Assembly (NCBI GenBank): GCA_024346625.1
Contig: AP024665.1
Span: 1,364,001 to 1,428,000, forward strand
Length of the DNA stretch: 64,000 nucleotides
Reading direction: 5' to 3'
DNA from: Williopsis jadinii
Lineage: Eukaryota
Numbering within the stretch: the stretch's first letter is position 1; every line of letters starts with the position of its first letter. Below are positions 62,601-64,000 of the stretch, piece by piece. The translations under genes and the position numbers were made by a program. The notes under the pieces are model-generated. The model was not told where the DNA came from and did not search any database. It saw nothing but the letters and a program-made list of their open reading frames with translations.

Positions 62601-64000
62601 GTTACCATTTGCTGGGCGTCTCATGTATATTTCAGGAGATAACCACCAATCGTGTATATAGATCACATCAGTTGCCATCTCTAATGCTGAACTGAGAGCC
62701 CAAAAGTGATCTCTTCCATCAACGAGCCATTGTGCGAAGCAGTTCTCCCTTACTGGAGCAAAACTATTGAATCTGTTCCTGGATGACCAGATGGTGTTTT
62801 TCTGCATGTTTTGTATAGACTGTGCCCACATTATTGCTTGATTCTTTGACTTTGCAATCATTTTAAGTTCACGTTCTCCGTTTTCAAGCTTAATCACAAC
62901 ATGGGGTAGCGTTTTCCCTGATCTGGGTGGTTTGCTCTCATCGATAGATGCAGTATCGTCATAGAATGATTCATTATCGTTATCAAACTGAAGAGGTGAG
63001 ACAGAGTTATCCTCCCCATGGTATGTAATTTTGAAGCTGCTATCAACAAGGAACACATCTAGTGGAGTTGTAGAGTATATATCAGACACATACATGATGT
63101 AAGAGTCCCTCACGAGAAACCATTTATATGTGTGTCTCTGAACCATCTGTTTAATATCACTGAACTTCCAATGCCCGACTCTCCAACCTTGTGCTTTTGA
63201 AGATGATCCCACAATCATGTAACCTTGCTTTCCTTGAAATCCGTGTTCATAGCTTAAGAGAACTCCAATTGGAGATAATTCAAAAAATTGAAATAATCTA
63301 TTGGCTTCAGCTTTCAATGCGAATGCCAAAATCAACTGATTCAAATAGTTCTCGATTTTTTTTCTGAACTGTTCTCTATCATTGTCAATCCCCCTCTCAT
63401 CACTGATAGACATTCTAGAGGCTATTCTATGAATACGGTCCACGAGTCCACCCGAATGGTCTGATGAGCCAGATGATAGACTTCCATGTCTTCTATTTTG
63501 ACTCGGTCTTGGAACATCAAACCTATTGCTAGTTGGTTTAGGGGTTGATAGATAAGTCTCATTGAACGTAGGATGTTCCAAACGTCCAGGTTCCATATCC
63601 TTGGACAGCACTTTTGGAAACTTTGGTATCTCTGTGTGTTTGAATCCCTTCAAGCTCTTTGACTGGAATACTGCAACTTTAAGCCTTGAGTGTAAGCTAA
63701 CAAGATCTCTCAAGTCCTTTATCACATGCCACTTGAGTCTGTTAGATCCAATTCCATATTCTAAATTTATGCGATATTTTGTATGTTTACTTCCAGGTCT
63801 GGATACATCTTCAAGCTTGATTGCAAGTTGATTCAGCAATAGTGGAACCCTTCTCGTTCCATGCTCATCTTTCAAAAAGTTCGAGGCCAGGATCAATGCT
63901 GCAGGGGAACCCGCAATGAGACAAGTAACCATGTTTGAAGCTCGTATTCTTGCAGCCTCTTCGGACTCATCAAGTTGGGGACGTTTTGGGGCCGGTGATT
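59649..64000 (-). CDS. SPO14: Phospholipase D1 (PX, PH, two HKD motifs); 5' end lies beyond the window
   Basis: HHEKLCIVD and YIHAKIIISD...IGSANINERS HKD motifs, IYIHDWWLSPE, PRMPWHD. The frame stays open from 63932 to the window edge. Confidence 0.96.
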   Translation of the reverse strand, partial: SPAPKRPQLDESEEAARIRASNMVTCLIAGSPAALILASNFLKDEHGTRRVPLLLNQLAIKLEDVSRPGSKHTKYRINLEYGIGSNRLKWHVIKDLRDLVSLHSRLKVAVFQSKSLKGFKHTEIPKFPKVLSKDMEPGRLEHPTFNETYLSTPKPTSNRFDVPRPSQNRRHGSLSSGSSDHSGGLVDRIHRIASRMSISDERGIDNDREQFRKKIENYLNQLILAFALKAEANRLFQFFELSPIGVLLSYEHGFQGKQGYMIVGSSSKAQGWRVGHWKFSDIKQMVQRHTYKWFLVRDSYIMYVSDIYSTTPLDVFLVDSSFKITYHGEDNSVSPLQFDNDNESFYDDTASIDESKPPRSGKTLPHVVIKLENGERELKMIAKSKNQAIMWAQSIQNMQKNTIWSSRNRFNSFAPVRENCFAQWLVDGRDHFWALSSALEMATDVIYIHDWWLSPEIYMRRPANGNQEWRLDRILKRKAEEGVKVFVIVYRNVGTTVVTDSLWTKHSLIDLHPNVHVLRSPNQWLQNTFFWAHHEKLCIVDHAVAFVGGIDLCFGRYDTPDHVLVDDSPYDFGSERDASEQGIRFQTFPGKDYSNPRVKDFYDLDKPYESMYDRQVVPRMPWHDVHMMVAGEPARDLARHFVQRWNYLLRQKRPSRPTPLLIPPTSFTPVELEKYDLAGTCEVQLLRSSGNWSLGLQKHEQSIQNAYLKIIETSEHYVYLENQFFITASAFDGTVIENRIGDALVDRIIRAHNEKKKWKAIIVIPLMPGFESQVDEAEGSSVRVIMQCQYQSISRGTTSIFAKLKKMKINPYDYIQFYSLRKWGRIGPDRTVVSEQLYIHAKIIISDDRTALIGSANINERSQRGNRDSEVAAIVRDTELVNTTMDGKPYKAGKFAHTLRMRLMREHLGIDVDILDIVERRFSKIEELARETKTGQQSKTHNFSNKDHEVQSSMVELASRDVLNMPSGTDKWKKFWANSTTQIPTLDKRFEEINKEDDKKNIPEFLVSKSHDPVYLSYHSFNNRAREQNVGIRDKKPFSSDSRVTNNEEHKLDVEGEGVDKMKSKAFKNYKLNAAKTLKKWATESLVNDATDVFLPHVEQVLEFLDDDELISDPSQLTNDQELALAERNQERWNMLKRIAYLQRVAAKQKLQVNDENIRRSKSNLPPLDHSGMPQEGLTKTGTLVQDAVSAADLMSRTNNQSAEDSDLNEIQDLPGENIPVINLSSANAQRLVQSVNDLIGEPKFQKFIDPYCFGDPLEDAFYEDVWFNNAHRNTILFREVFHCQPDDTVATWKDYQTFTKLNTAFSLAQKQQADRRLTSKVSDSNSETSTVDDNISSPRRDSVRLEDIEEVSSVEGILGNAPPPHTDSGVDSSGSSDIPKRGKSGEYAFRKRSPLGADRVFDRETADRILSEVQGHLVLFPTDWLWKEIEGGNWFYNMDRLPPIEIYD

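Overview
This is a gene-dense eukaryotic window from a budding yeast (Saccharomycotina). It reads CUG as Leu: CTG encodes conserved actin-family leucines in ARP2 (EKLCYV, EHLWDY), which excludes the CUG-Ser and CUG-Ala clades. Short introns with degenerate signals and the gene content suggest a Phaffomycetaceae-like yeast such as Cyberlindnera (inference only). I find 29 protein-coding genes: TAD1, SKT5/CHS4, LSM1, an ACAD10/11-type acyl-CoA dehydrogenase, GCD14, ARP2, an orphan mitochondrial-type protein, MET6, SHP1, PTH2, TSC11/AVO3, a DSS1-like RNB protein, OM45, MKS1, VHS2/MLF3, IMP4, a SPF31/DNAJC8-like J protein, SET3/4, PAM16, a Red5/ZC3H3-like CCCH protein, HMT1, GSM1, ALG2, RQT4, TYW1, UTP10, partial SPO14 and a partial 5' gene. 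Seven of them need an intron that the ORF track misses. There are three tRNA genes (Trp-CCA with intron, two identical intronless Leu-CAA) and an H/ACA snoRNA (snR37 orthologue) reconstructed from its guide pocket. No transposon, CRISPR array or horizontally acquired island is evident. The best leads are (1) a DSS1/RNase II-family mitochondrial protein whose catalytic and RNA-channel motifs are lost (pseudonuclease), (2) a Red5/ZC3H3-like MTREC/PAXT component with a hidden first exon, (3) a telomere-like Rap1/G-quadruplex array in the MET6-SHP1 promoter, (4) an exact 19-bp element shared by the LSM1 and GCD14 promoters, and (5) an in-frame ATG inside the SHP1 intron that could give a UBA-less isoform. 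Gene identities come from recalled motifs and synteny, not from database searches. I did not find a demonstrably new multi-gene system.
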